Positions 17,738 to 27,281 of a stretch of DNA of 59,075 nucleotides are shown here, one piece after another; position 1 is the first letter of the stretch, and every line of letters begins with the position of its first letter. The notes under the pieces are model-generated. The model was not told where the DNA came from. It did not search any database and saw only the letters and a list, made by a program, of their open reading frames with translations. The stretch spans positions 1-59,075 of the forward strand of contig JALSTM010000119.1 of the NCBI GenBank assembly GCA_026983715.1, read 5' to 3'. A program made the translations under genes and the position numbers. This DNA is from Desulfobacterales bacterium. GTDB taxonomy: Bacteria; Desulfobacterota; Syntrophobacteria; B119-G9.

Positions 17738-18481
17738 ATGTCTGTTCCCCGGTTTTTCGTAGATGCTGAACTTCATCCAGAAGGCGAATTTGTACTAAAC
17801 GAAGGTACAGCACATCATGTTGCCCATAGCCTTAGGCTAAGGAAAAACGACAAAATAATTCTAATCGACCCAAAAGGAAAAGAATACTCGTGCAAAATAC
17901 AAAATATTGAACGAAAAAGGGTCGAGGTAAAAATAGAGGGACAACTTTTAAGCAATACAGAGTCTCCTATTCATGTTGCCCTTGGGATATCATTAATAAA
18001 TACATCAAAGCTAGATACCATAATCCGGCACGTTACCGAACTCGGGGTTAGTGAAATTATACCATTTCAATCCCGTAGATCACAATTAAAGTGCCACCAC
18101 GTGGAGAAAAGAAAAAAGAGATGGGAAGAAATAGTCAAAAATGCGTGTCAACAGAGTGGTAGAACGAGGATTCCGGTAGTTTCCGGGGCGGTACCTTTCG
18201 GCGAAGTAATAGAGAGGGATTTTCCGTTAAAACTTATTTCCTGGGAAAAGGAGAAAGGAGGAACATTAAGAGGAATATACGAAGCTCACAAGAAGGCAGG
18301 CAGGATAATTCTTCTTGTGGGCCCGGAAGGCGGTTTCACCGAGGAAGAATTCAAACAGGCTACTGAAAAGGCGTTCTTGCCATTTTCCCTTGGCCCTAGA
18401 ATATTAAGATGTGAAACGGCGGCCATTGCTTCAGTAGCTTTGGTTCAGCATTACTGGGGTGACCTCGGGATTTTTTCTTGA
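17738..18481 (+). CDS. rsmE: 16S rRNA (uracil1498-N3)-methyltransferase RsmE
   Basis: It has an N-terminal PRFF... PUA-like region and LLVGPEGGFTEEE...LGPRILRCETA. Confidence 0.85.
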   Translation: MSVPRFFVDAELHPEGEFVLNEGTAHHVAHSLRLRKNDKIILIDPKGKEYSCKIQNIERKRVEVKIEGQLLSNTESPIHVALGISLINTSKLDTIIRHVTELGVSEIIPFQSRRSQLKCHHVEKRKKRWEEIVKNACQQSGRTRIPVVSGAVPFGEVIERDFPLKLISWEKEKGGTLRGIYEAHKKAGRIILLVGPEGGFTEEEFKQATEKAFLPFSLGPRILRCETAAIASVALVQHYWGDLGIFS

Positions 18482-18615
18482 CGCTTCTTTGATTTTACCT
18501 TTATAGTGTTAATTAGTAATTTTGAGTACTTGTATTAAAACTACAGTCAAAAACGATGAAGAGGAAGGCTAATTAATTGATTTGGTACACATAACGACAT
18601 ATACAGGAGCTTTTC

Positions 18616-19458
18616 ATGAAGTGCCCAAAATGTGATTTCACCAGCTTTGACTATTTGGAAAGTTGCAGGAAATGCGGCAACAGCCTGGTTACAGTCCGGG
18701 AAGCACTGAGGCTGCCAGGTGTTAAGCCAGAGGTCCCTTTTTTGCTAGGATCGTTGCTGGAAGATTTTGACCAGGCGCAAGTGCAAGCTACGATTCCACC
18801 GCCAGAAGATGTGGACCTCCCGCCACTGCCAGAAGGCTACGAAGGTTCCACGGAAGAAACGAGACCAACTGTCGAAATTGGGGATAGTGTTGATATAACG
18901 GCTCCAATTGACGATACAGCATCCGAGTTAACAGAACCCATACAGGAAACCGGTGAAGAGCCAAGAATCACAATTACCGATGATGAAATAGATGAAGCTC
19001 TCTCAGAGGATCTCCTCTCACCCATCGACACCGACGAGGGTGACAGTACACAGCCCCTGGACCTGGAGATGTCTTTGAAAGAAATAAGCAGTACAGACCT
19101 TGCCAGTGACGAGGCTCTTTTGGACCTTATTGGTGAACAAACGGAGCCGGTTGTGGATCTCGAAACGACTTCAGATGCCCTGGAACTTGGTGGCGACACG
19201 GAGCCGATTGATCTCGATGAAGCTGCTGCTACCGCACTCAGTGACACCGACGAGGTGACGGTCATAGAAACAGACGAAATCGCGATGTCCGACCACGAAT
19301 TTACAGAACTGGACATCGACGAGGATGAGCTCGACGACCTTGCTAAGGAGCTTGAAGATGCTCTCATAACCGCAGAGCGTGAATTCAAGAAAGATTTCAA
19401 ATTTCCCGAAGACGAACCTGAGCCATCAAAAAAAGAGACGAAAACGGATAAAGAATAA
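18616..19458 (+). CDS. zinc-ribbon protein with an extremely acidic low-complexity tail
   Basis: An N-terminal CPKC...CRKC zinc ribbon is followed by about 230 aa rich in D, E, T and L. Confidence 0.6.
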   Translation: MKCPKCDFTSFDYLESCRKCGNSLVTVREALRLPGVKPEVPFLLGSLLEDFDQAQVQATIPPPEDVDLPPLPEGYEGSTEETRPTVEIGDSVDITAPIDDTASELTEPIQETGEEPRITITDDEIDEALSEDLLSPIDTDEGDSTQPLDLEMSLKEISSTDLASDEALLDLIGEQTEPVVDLETTSDALELGGDTEPIDLDEAAATALSDTDEVTVIETDEIAMSDHEFTELDIDEDELDDLAKELEDALITAEREFKKDFKFPEDEPEPSKKETKTDKE

Positions 19459-19482
19459 TAGTCAAAACCCTTTCAAAAAGGC

Positions 19483-19511
19483 TTGACAATTTCACAACTT
19501 TCACTTACATT
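19483..19511 (+). promoter_or_regulatory. putative sigma70-type promoter for tRNA-Phe
   Basis: TTGACA (19483-88), a 17-nt spacer and TACATT (19506-11) lie 17 nt upstream of the tRNA. Confidence 0.35.
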
Positions 19512-19528
19512 TCCTATGCCTAAAGCAA

Positions 19529-19601
19529 GGCGAGGTAGCTCAGTCGGTAGAGCAGTGGACTGAAAATCCTCGTGTCCCCAGTTCGATTCTGGGCCTCGCC
19601 A
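19529..19601 (+). tRNA. tRNA-Phe (anticodon GAA), CCA not encoded
   Basis: The sequence is GGCGAGGTAGCTCAGTCGGTAGAGCAGTGGACTGAAAATCCTCGTGTCCCCAGTTCGATTCTGGGCCTCGCCA. The cloverleaf is readable and the anticodon loop is CTGAAAA. Confidence 0.9.
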
Positions 19602-19620
19602 TCACTAGAATTTTTAAAAA

Positions 19621-19652
19621 AGAGCCGGCTAACTATCAGCCGGTTCTTTTTT
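19621..19652 (+). terminator. rho-independent terminator after tRNA-Phe
   Basis: The hairpin gagccggct-aactatc-agccggttc is followed by TTTTTT. Confidence 0.65.
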
Positions 19653-20000
19653 ATCCCGCGCATTTTCGACGAACCATTGCTTGAAAACAGTCTTTGGTTG
19701 GTTTAGTCCATCAATATATCCTAATAGTGTTGCATTCCCTGAAATACACTGGTAAAATAAAAGATAAGTGGAAACAATAGGTTGTAAAAAACGAGATTGA
19801 TTTGCTTATTATGGAAAAATACTGAAAATGTTTCACTCCGAATCCAAGGTTCCGAGAAAGCTTATCGAAGGTCAAGTCTCTTCACCTCATTGCTCTTTGC
19901 TCCGGTTGAGCAATTCAGTGAAAGGCAATACTTACAGTCGAGTACCAAACGTCTTGTGAGGTGCCAAACAAGCAAGACCGTAAAAGGATAGTGCATTCCC

Positions 20001-23000
20001 ATGACAAAGACCACTACAAGATTAGCCCTAACTTTGCTCGTCTTTTTCATAGTCGCCACATTTGTAGCCGGGAGTGTTCTATTCAGGGCGGAGAAAAGGA
20101 TTCACGAGAGTCTCCTAATCCGCGGCCAGTCTCTCGCCTCCAAATTTAGTAAAAAGCTTAACACTGTTTTCTCGGACGTGAATATAGAAACCCCGTCCCA
20201 CAAGCGGCTAGAATTAAAGAATGAATTGGCAGCCGATTGCATTGCGTATCCGAATTGCATTGCAATTTATCTTGTAGCACAGAAGAGAGATGGCTCACTT
20301 GTATACCTTACCTCCAAGGGACAAACTAGAAAACAAGGCACATCAAGTTCGGATTCGCTTCCCGAGAACACGGTAGCCACAATAAAAAAAGTATTTACAG
20401 ATGGTAAACAAATCTTTCGGGAATCATCCAGATTCGGAAAAAGAGGTAACATCAGTATTTTTATTCCTGTTAAGTCGAAATCAGGGGAAAAGGTAGATTA
20501 TGTCCTTTTCATACAGGTTAACTCGAAGGTCATTGAAAGACAGTTACTGACCCAGGGGCTTTTTCCCTTAGGGCTCAGTTTTATCCTGCTTTTGGCAGTC
20601 TTTGGAGGATTTCTTGTCATATCACGAACTTACGCTGAAAAATTATCAACAAGCAAAAAACTGTTATTGATACTGGCATCTTCCCTGGCTATCATTATTC
20701 TTTCTACAATAACGATGTACGCTACTCATCACATCTTATGCGAAAAAGAATACAAAAGGTCCGAGTATTTTACCAGGCAGGTTGCCCAAAAGATTAACTA
20801 CGTTGTAGTTTACCCTCTCAAAAACACGGCTAATTCAATTGCGCATTCACGACTATTTTACCTTACCGCGGCGGGCCAACTCCCAAGAGATAATGAGAAA
20901 ATACTCATCGCTCTTAACACCGTTAAAGCTGATTACAATGCATCCCTTGCGTACATTCTTGATCGAACCGGAACCGTAGTCGCCTGTACTCCCTATGATA
21001 ACCATAAGACCTTAACAGGCAATAACTACTCCTTCAGACCTTACTTTACAGAAGCCATGAAGGGTAAACCTTATCTTTACCTAGCAGTTGGTGTAACAAC
21101 GCACAGGCGGGGAATATATGCTAGTTCGCCTATTTCAGAGGGCGGAACTGACCCGGTAGGAGTATTTGTTATAAAAGTAAGCCTTAAGAAAATCGACAAT
21201 ATCCTGTTTACGTCCGAAAGTATAATGGCTCTGGTGTCTCCTGATGGTGTGATATTTGCCACTAATAAACCTGACTGGCTCCTTCATTCTACAGGGTTGA
21301 GCGAAACACAAAGAAAAAGACTCATCAAAAGCAGACAATTTGGCACCGAAACGCTCGAACCGTTATCCCGGGGTATTAAACTGAGTGGCAGGCAAACCAG
21401 GATAGGAAACAAAAAATTTATAATTACGAGTGCCCCAGTTGATATCGTGGATTCCAATGGTCGGTTCTGGAAGATTATCAGACTTAAAGAGTTAAGAAGT
21501 TACGTCTTTATGGTGGTTTGCTCAGGGGTATTAACCGCACTGATTGCTTTGCTGGTACAACTCTACTTCGTGTCACGGATGGAAAGGCAGTGGCTCCAGA
21601 AGAACATAGAGCTTAGTGATAGAACCCAGAAAATACTAATCGAAAACTTAAGTGCTGCAGTGGTGATAATCGATGCCGAAACACACAGGATTGAGACTGT
21701 AAACCCTGTAGCTGCTTCATACTTTGGAGCGACAGCCGAGGAAATGATTGGAAAATCCTGCTACGGTTATCTTTGTCCTTACACTGAAGAAACCTGCCCC
21801 GCGATGTCAAGGACTGAAGATATTTACAGTGAAGAAGGAAAGATACTGCGCAATGATGGTACCTTCCTGCACATAATCAGGTCCATCAAGGTTCTGGACA
21901 TCAAGGGCGAGAAAAAATTCTTACACACCTATGTAAATATTACCGATTTGAAAAAAACTGAAGAGGCACTCCAGGAAAGTGAAAGGAATTTTAGAACGTT
22001 CTTCGAAAGCATTGGCGACATGGTCACCGTAGCCACCTTCGACGGAAGGATTCTTTATGCTAACTCTGCGCTGATTCACAGACTCGGGTACTCAATTGAC
22101 GAACTATCCAGGATGCACGTATTTGATCTGCGACCTCCAGAATCCAGAAGTGAAGTTGAGGCTTCATGCGAGGCGGTCTTTCGTGGTGATCTCGAGCGGT
22201 GTCTTATACCGTTGATGGCCAAAGATGGTTCAAAGATTCCAGTAGATACCAGGGTATGGAAAGGGAAATGGAATGGAACAGAGTGCATATTCTGCGTTTC
22301 AAAAGATATTAGCAAAGAACAGGAAGCTTTACAAAAATTCGAACAGTTATTTAGGAATAACCCGGTAATGATGGCACTTACCGCGATTCCTGACCTCGTA
22401 CTTGCAGATGTAAACAACGCTTTCGAACAGACTCTCGGATACAGCCAAGATGAGTTGAGTGGAAAAAGCTGGAAAGACTTGCAAATTCTCGCTCCTTCTG
22501 ATCTTGAAAAACTCGAAAGACACCTTGCTGAAGAAGACGTACTTTCTAATATCGAGATGAGAATGAGACACAAAGATGGGAGCATTAGGTACGGGTTGTT
22601 TTCTGCCCAGTACCTGAAAGCAAATGGCCAAAGTAGTGTCCTTATCGCCATAAAAGACATAACAAATCTCAAGAAAACAGAAGCTTATCTAAAAGCAAGT
22701 GAACAGCGGCTTAGAGCCATAACGGAGTCCGTACTTGATGCGATAATAATGATTAACAGTGAAGGACGAGTTTCTTTCTGGAATCCTGCTGCCACCACGA
22801 TTTTTGGATATACCAAGGAAGAGGCTCTCAAGCAACCTGTGGCAGATCTAATAATACCGCCTTCCCTCCGCGATGCCCACACACTTGCACTGGAAGATTT
22901 TGCCAAATGCGGAAAGGGAAAGGTCTTTGAAAAAACGCTTGAACTCAAGGCAGTCCGCAAGAATGGTAAAGAAATTCCTGTTTCTCTTTCGTGTGCACCT

Positions 23001-24527
23001 GTATTGATACACAACCAATGGCATGCCGTAGGTATTTTGCGAGATATAACAAACGAAAAGATGGCACAGGAAAAGCTGGTTAAGATGAATCTCGAACTTA
23101 AAAAAGCCATGGAAAGGGCAAACCAGATGGCGATAAAGGCTGAAGCAGCTAACAAAGCCAAGAGTATATTTTTGGCCAATATGTCGCATGAAATTCGTAC
23201 CCCTTTAAACGCCATCCTCGGATTTGCACAGGTGCTCCAGAGTGATCCGAGGTTCCCTGAAGATCTCCTGGGCATACTTGATATTATAAATAGGAGTGGC
23301 GAACATCTTCTGGGTATCATTAACGATATACTGGAAATTTCAAAAATCGAAGCAGGGCGAATAACTCTCAGTCTTTCCACTTTCAACTTGCATGACCTAA
23401 TTTTAGAAATAGAAAGAATGTTCAAGCCGAAGGCTGAAAGCAAGGGATTGGATTTTACTATAGAATACCAACCTGGCTACACGGAATGGATTGAAACCGA
23501 TAGGATCAAGTTGAGACAGGTACTGATCAATATTGTAGGAAATGCCATTAAGTTTACTGCTCGAGGTTACGTAAAGGTTAGAATTAGTTGCGAACAACCT
23601 TCCGGAGAAAGTAACAGGCTTTTACTTACGTTTGAAGTTGAAGACAGTGGACCGGGCATCTCACCAGAAGAGATCAAGCACCTGTTCAAGCCTTTCTCCC
23701 AGACATCGGAAGGTATGAAGGTTGGCGGTACCGGATTGGGACTGTCGATAAGCCAGGGATACCTGGATGTAATGAATGGGAAACTTTCAGTGAAAAGCAA
23801 GCCAAACAAAGGAAGCCTCTTCATCATTCAGATACCGGTAAAAGCTTTTGATCTTAAGGCTGAAAGAGCATCAAAAAAGGAGGAGTATAAATACGTAACA
23901 GGAATAAAGTTTGAAGGTGCTACACCGAAGATACTGATAGTGGACGATAATCCTGGAAACAGGAAACTTCTAGGTGTTATTCTGGAACGAGTTGGATTCT
24001 CCGTGAAGAAAGCAAGCGGGGGTTCCGAGGCACTGGAAATTTTTGAAGATTGGTCCCCCGATCTGGTATTCATGGACATAAGGATGCCGGAGATGGATGG
24101 ATATGAAACAACAAAGAGAATTAAAAAAATTAGAAAGGATGTTCCCGTGGTAGCCGTAACCGCAAGCGTTTTTGCCATTTCGGAAAAGCGATTCACCGAA
24201 GCAGGTTTTGACGACTATATAAGAAAACCCTTCAAACAAAACGAAATATTCGAAGCCATAAGGAAGTTCGTCGACGTAGATTACATTTTTTCATCACTTT
24301 CCGAATCAAAAGAAGAAAAGCTACGGGATATCGATCCCGATGAAATGAGAAGACTACCTCAGACCCTTCTCGTTGAAATGCGTAAATCTCTTGAAGAAGG
24401 AGACATAAACAAGCTAAATTCCTTGATCTTAAGGCTTGAACCTATGAATGGAAACCTAGCAAGAAAATTAAGACAATTGGCTGAAAATTACGATTATCAT
24501 AGCCTTGGTAAGATACTAAATCTATAA
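20001..24527 (+). CDS. hybrid sensor histidine kinase: periplasmic Cache-like domain, multiple PAS, HisKA, HATPase, REC and a C-terminal helical domain
   Basis: Two TM helices flank a loop of about 300 aa. It has several PAS-like units, the H-box SHEIRTPLNAILGF, the G-box GTGLGLSIS, and the REC sequence ILIVDDNPGNR...FMDIRMPEMDG. Confidence 0.9.
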   Translation: MTKTTTRLALTLLVFFIVATFVAGSVLFRAEKRIHESLLIRGQSLASKFSKKLNTVFSDVNIETPSHKRLELKNELAADCIAYPNCIAIYLVAQKRDGSLVYLTSKGQTRKQGTSSSDSLPENTVATIKKVFTDGKQIFRESSRFGKRGNISIFIPVKSKSGEKVDYVLFIQVNSKVIERQLLTQGLFPLGLSFILLLAVFGGFLVISRTYAEKLSTSKKLLLILASSLAIIILSTITMYATHHILCEKEYKRSEYFTRQVAQKINYVVVYPLKNTANSIAHSRLFYLTAAGQLPRDNEKILIALNTVKADYNASLAYILDRTGTVVACTPYDNHKTLTGNNYSFRPYFTEAMKGKPYLYLAVGVTTHRRGIYASSPISEGGTDPVGVFVIKVSLKKIDNILFTSESIMALVSPDGVIFATNKPDWLLHSTGLSETQRKRLIKSRQFGTETLEPLSRGIKLSGRQTRIGNKKFIITSAPVDIVDSNGRFWKIIRLKELRSYVFMVVCSGVLTALIALLVQLYFVSRMERQWLQKNIELSDRTQKILIENLSAAVVIIDAETHRIETVNPVAASYFGATAEEMIGKSCYGYLCPYTEETCPAMSRTEDIYSEEGKILRNDGTFLHIIRSIKVLDIKGEKKFLHTYVNITDLKKTEEALQESERNFRTFFESIGDMVTVATFDGRILYANSALIHRLGYSIDELSRMHVFDLRPPESRSEVEASCEAVFRGDLERCLIPLMAKDGSKIPVDTRVWKGKWNGTECIFCVSKDISKEQEALQKFEQLFRNNPVMMALTAIPDLVLADVNNAFEQTLGYSQDELSGKSWKDLQILAPSDLEKLERHLAEEDVLSNIEMRMRHKDGSIRYGLFSAQYLKANGQSSVLIAIKDITNLKKTEAYLKASEQRLRAITESVLDAIIMINSEGRVSFWNPAATTIFGYTKEEALKQPVADLIIPPSLRDAHTLALEDFAKCGKGKVFEKTLELKAVRKNGKEIPVSLSCAPVLIHNQWHAVGILRDITNEKMAQEKLVKMNLELKKAMERANQMAIKAEAANKAKSIFLANMSHEIRTPLNAILGFAQVLQSDPRFPEDLLGILDIINRSGEHLLGIINDILEISKIEAGRITLSLSTFNLHDLILEIERMFKPKAESKGLDFTIEYQPGYTEWIETDRIKLRQVLINIVGNAIKFTARGYVKVRISCEQPSGESNRLLLTFEVEDSGPGISPEEIKHLFKPFSQTSEGMKVGGTGLGLSISQGYLDVMNGKLSVKSKPNKGSLFIIQIPVKAFDLKAERASKKEEYKYVTGIKFEGATPKILIVDDNPGNRKLLGVILERVGFSVKKASGGSEALEIFEDWSPDLVFMDIRMPEMDGYETTKRIKKIRKDVPVVAVTASVFAISEKRFTEAGFDDYIRKPFKQNEIFEAIRKFVDVDYIFSSLSESKEEKLRDIDPDEMRRLPQTLLVEMRKSLEEGDINKLNSLILRLEPMNGNLARKLRQLAENYDYHSLGKILNL

Positions 24528-24581
24528 TTGGCAATGTCATCAACTTCTGATCACAGTGTAGCTGTTATCTAAGAGGGCGTT

Positions 24582-25733
24582 ATGGGAGAAAACCAAGAGT
24601 CGTTACCAAGGTACACCGTCATGGTGATTGACGATACACCGACCAACCTCACTCTTCTAAATGACATACTTCAAAAAATGAATTACCGAGTACAAGCTTT
24701 CCCACGAGGAGATCTTGCTATCAAGGCAGCCTTAAAAAAACCGCCCGATTTAATCCTTCTTGATATCATGATGCCAGAACTCAACGGTTTTGAGGTATGC
24801 AAAATCCTGAAAGGTCATGACCATCTCAAAGACGTGCCTATTATCTTCATTAGCGCTCTGGATGACATTCAAAACAAGGTAAAAGCCTTCTCAGTGGGAG
24901 GAGTTGACTACGTAACAAAACCGTTTCAATATGAAGAAGTCCATGCCCGCGTTAAAACACACCTTGAATTAAATGAACAGAAAAAGAAATTGAAGGAGAA
25001 TTACAAGCGCTTAAAAGAACTTGAGGCAATGAGGGATAGCCTTGTACACATGATCGTCCACGATTTGCGTTCACCCCTTATGAGCATTACGGGTTTTCTC
25101 GACTTAACACTCATGGAGAAACTACCTGAAAAAGCCACCGAGTACCTAACCCACGTAAAAGATTCGTCTAATATGCTTTTAGAGCTTATAAATACGCTTC
25201 TTGATGTAAGCAAGATGGAATCCGGGAGGATGGAATTGACATACTCTCCTGTAGATATTAATGAGATCGTCAGGAAAGTTCTGTCAAGTTACGCCTCGTT
25301 GAAAAGAGAGCGCACCTTGGAGTTGAAGTCCGAGAGGAAAGAAATTGTTGTCCCCTGTGACGAGCAACTCATCGAAAGGGTCATCTGGAACCTCGTTGGA
25401 AATTCTTTAAAGTTTACTCCCGAGAAGGGAGGTAGGATTATCGTTACGACGAGACTCAGTGAGCTACATGCCATTGTCTCTGTATCTGATAACGGCCACG
25501 GTATACCAGAGGAATACCAGGGGAAAATATTCGACAAGTTTAGCCAAGCAGCCTTAAAAAAATCGGGTACAAGGGCTTCTACGGGCCTGGGATTGACTTT
25601 CTGCAAATTAGTTGTCGAGGCTCATGGTGGAAATATTTACGTGAAAAGCCGCGAGAACGAGGGTTCCACCTTTTTTGTCGAATTACCCCTGGCACCCCAG
25701 ACCTCACCACGGGACTCATCAAGTGCAGGGTAA
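24582..25733 (+). CDS. response-regulator receiver fused to a histidine kinase
   Basis: It contains the REC sequence VMVIDDTPTNL...LLDIMMPELNG...KP, the H-box HDLRSPLMSITGF and STGLGLTFCK. Confidence 0.9.
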   Translation: MGENQESLPRYTVMVIDDTPTNLTLLNDILQKMNYRVQAFPRGDLAIKAALKKPPDLILLDIMMPELNGFEVCKILKGHDHLKDVPIIFISALDDIQNKVKAFSVGGVDYVTKPFQYEEVHARVKTHLELNEQKKKLKENYKRLKELEAMRDSLVHMIVHDLRSPLMSITGFLDLTLMEKLPEKATEYLTHVKDSSNMLLELINTLLDVSKMESGRMELTYSPVDINEIVRKVLSSYASLKRERTLELKSERKEIVVPCDEQLIERVIWNLVGNSLKFTPEKGGRIIVTTRLSELHAIVSVSDNGHGIPEEYQGKIFDKFSQAALKKSGTRASTGLGLTFCKLVVEAHGGNIYVKSRENEGSTFFVELPLAPQTSPRDSSSAG

Positions 25734-26365
25734 TGGTGGTGGATCATCACGAAAAAAAAATTATACACATTGGACTCACAGGCGGTATTGCCACGGGAAA
25801 ATCTACCGTCGCTAAAATGTTTCAGGGCAAGGGGGCGAAACTAATCAACCTTGACAAAATTGCTCACGAAGTTATGGAACCAAACACGTCAGCCTGGAAA
25901 AAAATAATAGCCACTTTTGGCGAGCGTATATTACTCCCCGACAACACTGTAGACAGGATAAAGCTTGGGAAGATCGTTTTTTCAGATCCAGAAAAACTTA
26001 GGAAACTCGAAAAGATTATTCACCCGGCGGTTCTCGAAAGATGGAGAGAAAAGGTAGCTAGAATTTCAAAAGAAGCGCCTGGGAGCATCATAATTTCAGA
26101 GGTACCTCTTCTTTTTGAAAAAAACCTCCACTGCAGCTTCGACGCCACGATCCTCGTTTACGCTCCACCCAGTGTTCAAATAAAACGACTTATTGATAGA
26201 GATTCAATCACCCCTGATGAGGCAAACAGGAGGCTTCAAGCACAAATTCCCATTGACGAGAAACTTTCTCTTGCAACGTGGATCATTTACAATGACTCCA
26301 CTCTGGAAAAAACGAGAAAGCAAGTAGATTCCCTGTGGAATAAACTCCTTGAGTTGTCAAAATAA
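25733..26365 (+). CDS. coaE: dephospho-CoA kinase
   Basis: It has the P-loop IGLTGGIATGKST. The product is 210 aa. The start overlaps the previous stop (TAATG). Confidence 0.85.
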   Translation: MVVDHHEKKIIHIGLTGGIATGKSTVAKMFQGKGAKLINLDKIAHEVMEPNTSAWKKIIATFGERILLPDNTVDRIKLGKIVFSDPEKLRKLEKIIHPAVLERWREKVARISKEAPGSIIISEVPLLFEKNLHCSFDATILVYAPPSVQIKRLIDRDSITPDEANRRLQAQIPIDEKLSLATWIIYNDSTLEKTRKQVDSLWNKLLELSK

Positions 26366-26425
26366 AAAACCCGTAGGCTACTTTATCCCACGGGCTTATC
26401 GGATAAACATTCTAAAGGTGGAGAC

Positions 26426-27253
26426 CTAAGCGGCTGCTGCCTCCTCTTTTTTGTCTTCCTCCGTTCCCTTATCCTCAGAACCTGAACAAACGCTGCTTTT
26501 ACAACCTTTCTTTTCAATGTGCTCAACGAATTCTTCTTCGTAATACTTCAAGGCGAGTAAAAGCGGCATACTTGTGGACTTGGCAAAATCACAGTAGGCA
26601 GCCAGTCTCATGGCGTCACAGACCGCTTTTAATTCCTCAATGTCCCCCTTTTCTCCTTCCCCGGCCATGATTCGATTCAAAATCTTCCTTAACCTTATAT
26701 TTCCCTGCCTGCAGGGGACACACTTCCCACAGGACACTCCCTCATCCCAACGCAAAAAATAATCACTCAAACATACCATGCAGATACTGTCATCAATGGC
26801 AAGCAGATACTCCTCTTCCCTGTCAAACAGTACATCGCTCCGGTAAGACCTGTAAGGCGATATGTGGAGAAGATCAAAGATGACCCTCCCCCGCATTAGG
26901 GTCTCAAGCAGTATACCACCTGCCATATCAGGGGTAACCTTTGAATAGAATATTTTCTTCTTCGGAAATCCCACGAAAGGTCCTTCACCGCACTTCCCAC
27001 TACAGGCGGTTTTCATCAATCCTACCCTGATATCGAGACCATTCTCCTTTACTGCCTCCAAAAGCGTATCCCTGACTTTTTCACAACCACACGCACAATC
27101 TTCCCGGTAACAAACGGTAATGCATGGTTTGTCAAAGCCATCCGGGCAGAACTCTTCGCTTAACTTCCCAGTCAACCCATAGGGGTAATAATCTGCCTTT
27201 TTTGTCCCGAACAAACCACCCTTATTCTTCCCCTTACCGAACTTCAATGCCAT
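26426..27253 (-). CDS. Fe-S protein fusing a NuoE-like thioredoxin-fold [2Fe-2S] domain to a NuoF C-terminal [4Fe-4S] domain, with no FMN/NADH domain
   Basis: The N-terminal part has CYREDCACGC...ACSGKCGEGPFV. The C-terminal part has SCGKCVPCRQGN...GEGEKGDIEELKAVCDAMRLAAYCDFAKS, which is the CxxCxxC...C pattern of the NuoF N3 cluster region. It lies directly downstream of nuoN. Confidence 0.7.
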   Translation of the reverse strand: MALKFGKGKNKGGLFGTKKADYYPYGLTGKLSEEFCPDGFDKPCITVCYREDCACGCEKVRDTLLEAVKENGLDIRVGLMKTACSGKCGEGPFVGFPKKKIFYSKVTPDMAGGILLETLMRGRVIFDLLHISPYRSYRSDVLFDREEEYLLAIDDSICMVCLSDYFLRWDEGVSCGKCVPCRQGNIRLRKILNRIMAGEGEKGDIEELKAVCDAMRLAAYCDFAKSTSMPLLLALKYYEEEFVEHIEKKGCKSSVCSGSEDKGTEEDKKEEAAAA

Positions 27254-27281
27254 TAGAGTTCCCCTTGTTTCACTCTAGTTT

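Noticed and set aside
18837-19400. 187-aa Ser-rich ORF antisense to the acidic zinc-ribbon gene
   Set aside because: It is the mirror-image low-complexity ORF of the GA(N)-rich sense strand. The sense ORF has the zinc-ribbon start and a sensible context.
22685-23443. 252-aa and other antisense ORFs inside the 1508-aa sensor kinase. The same applies to 8538..9080, 10591..11082, 12922..13494, 13612..14064 and 51250..51735, which lie inside tpiA, gap, the PPDK-like gene and the amidase.
   Set aside because: The opposite-strand ORFs carry clear family motifs. The antisense translations have no motifs and a biased composition.
26366-26400. Possible bidirectional terminator between coaE and the NuoE/F-like gene
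   Set aside because: It has only a 5-7 bp stem (aacccgt/acgggtt-like) with a loop of about 15 nt and no clear U-tract. This is too weak to call.
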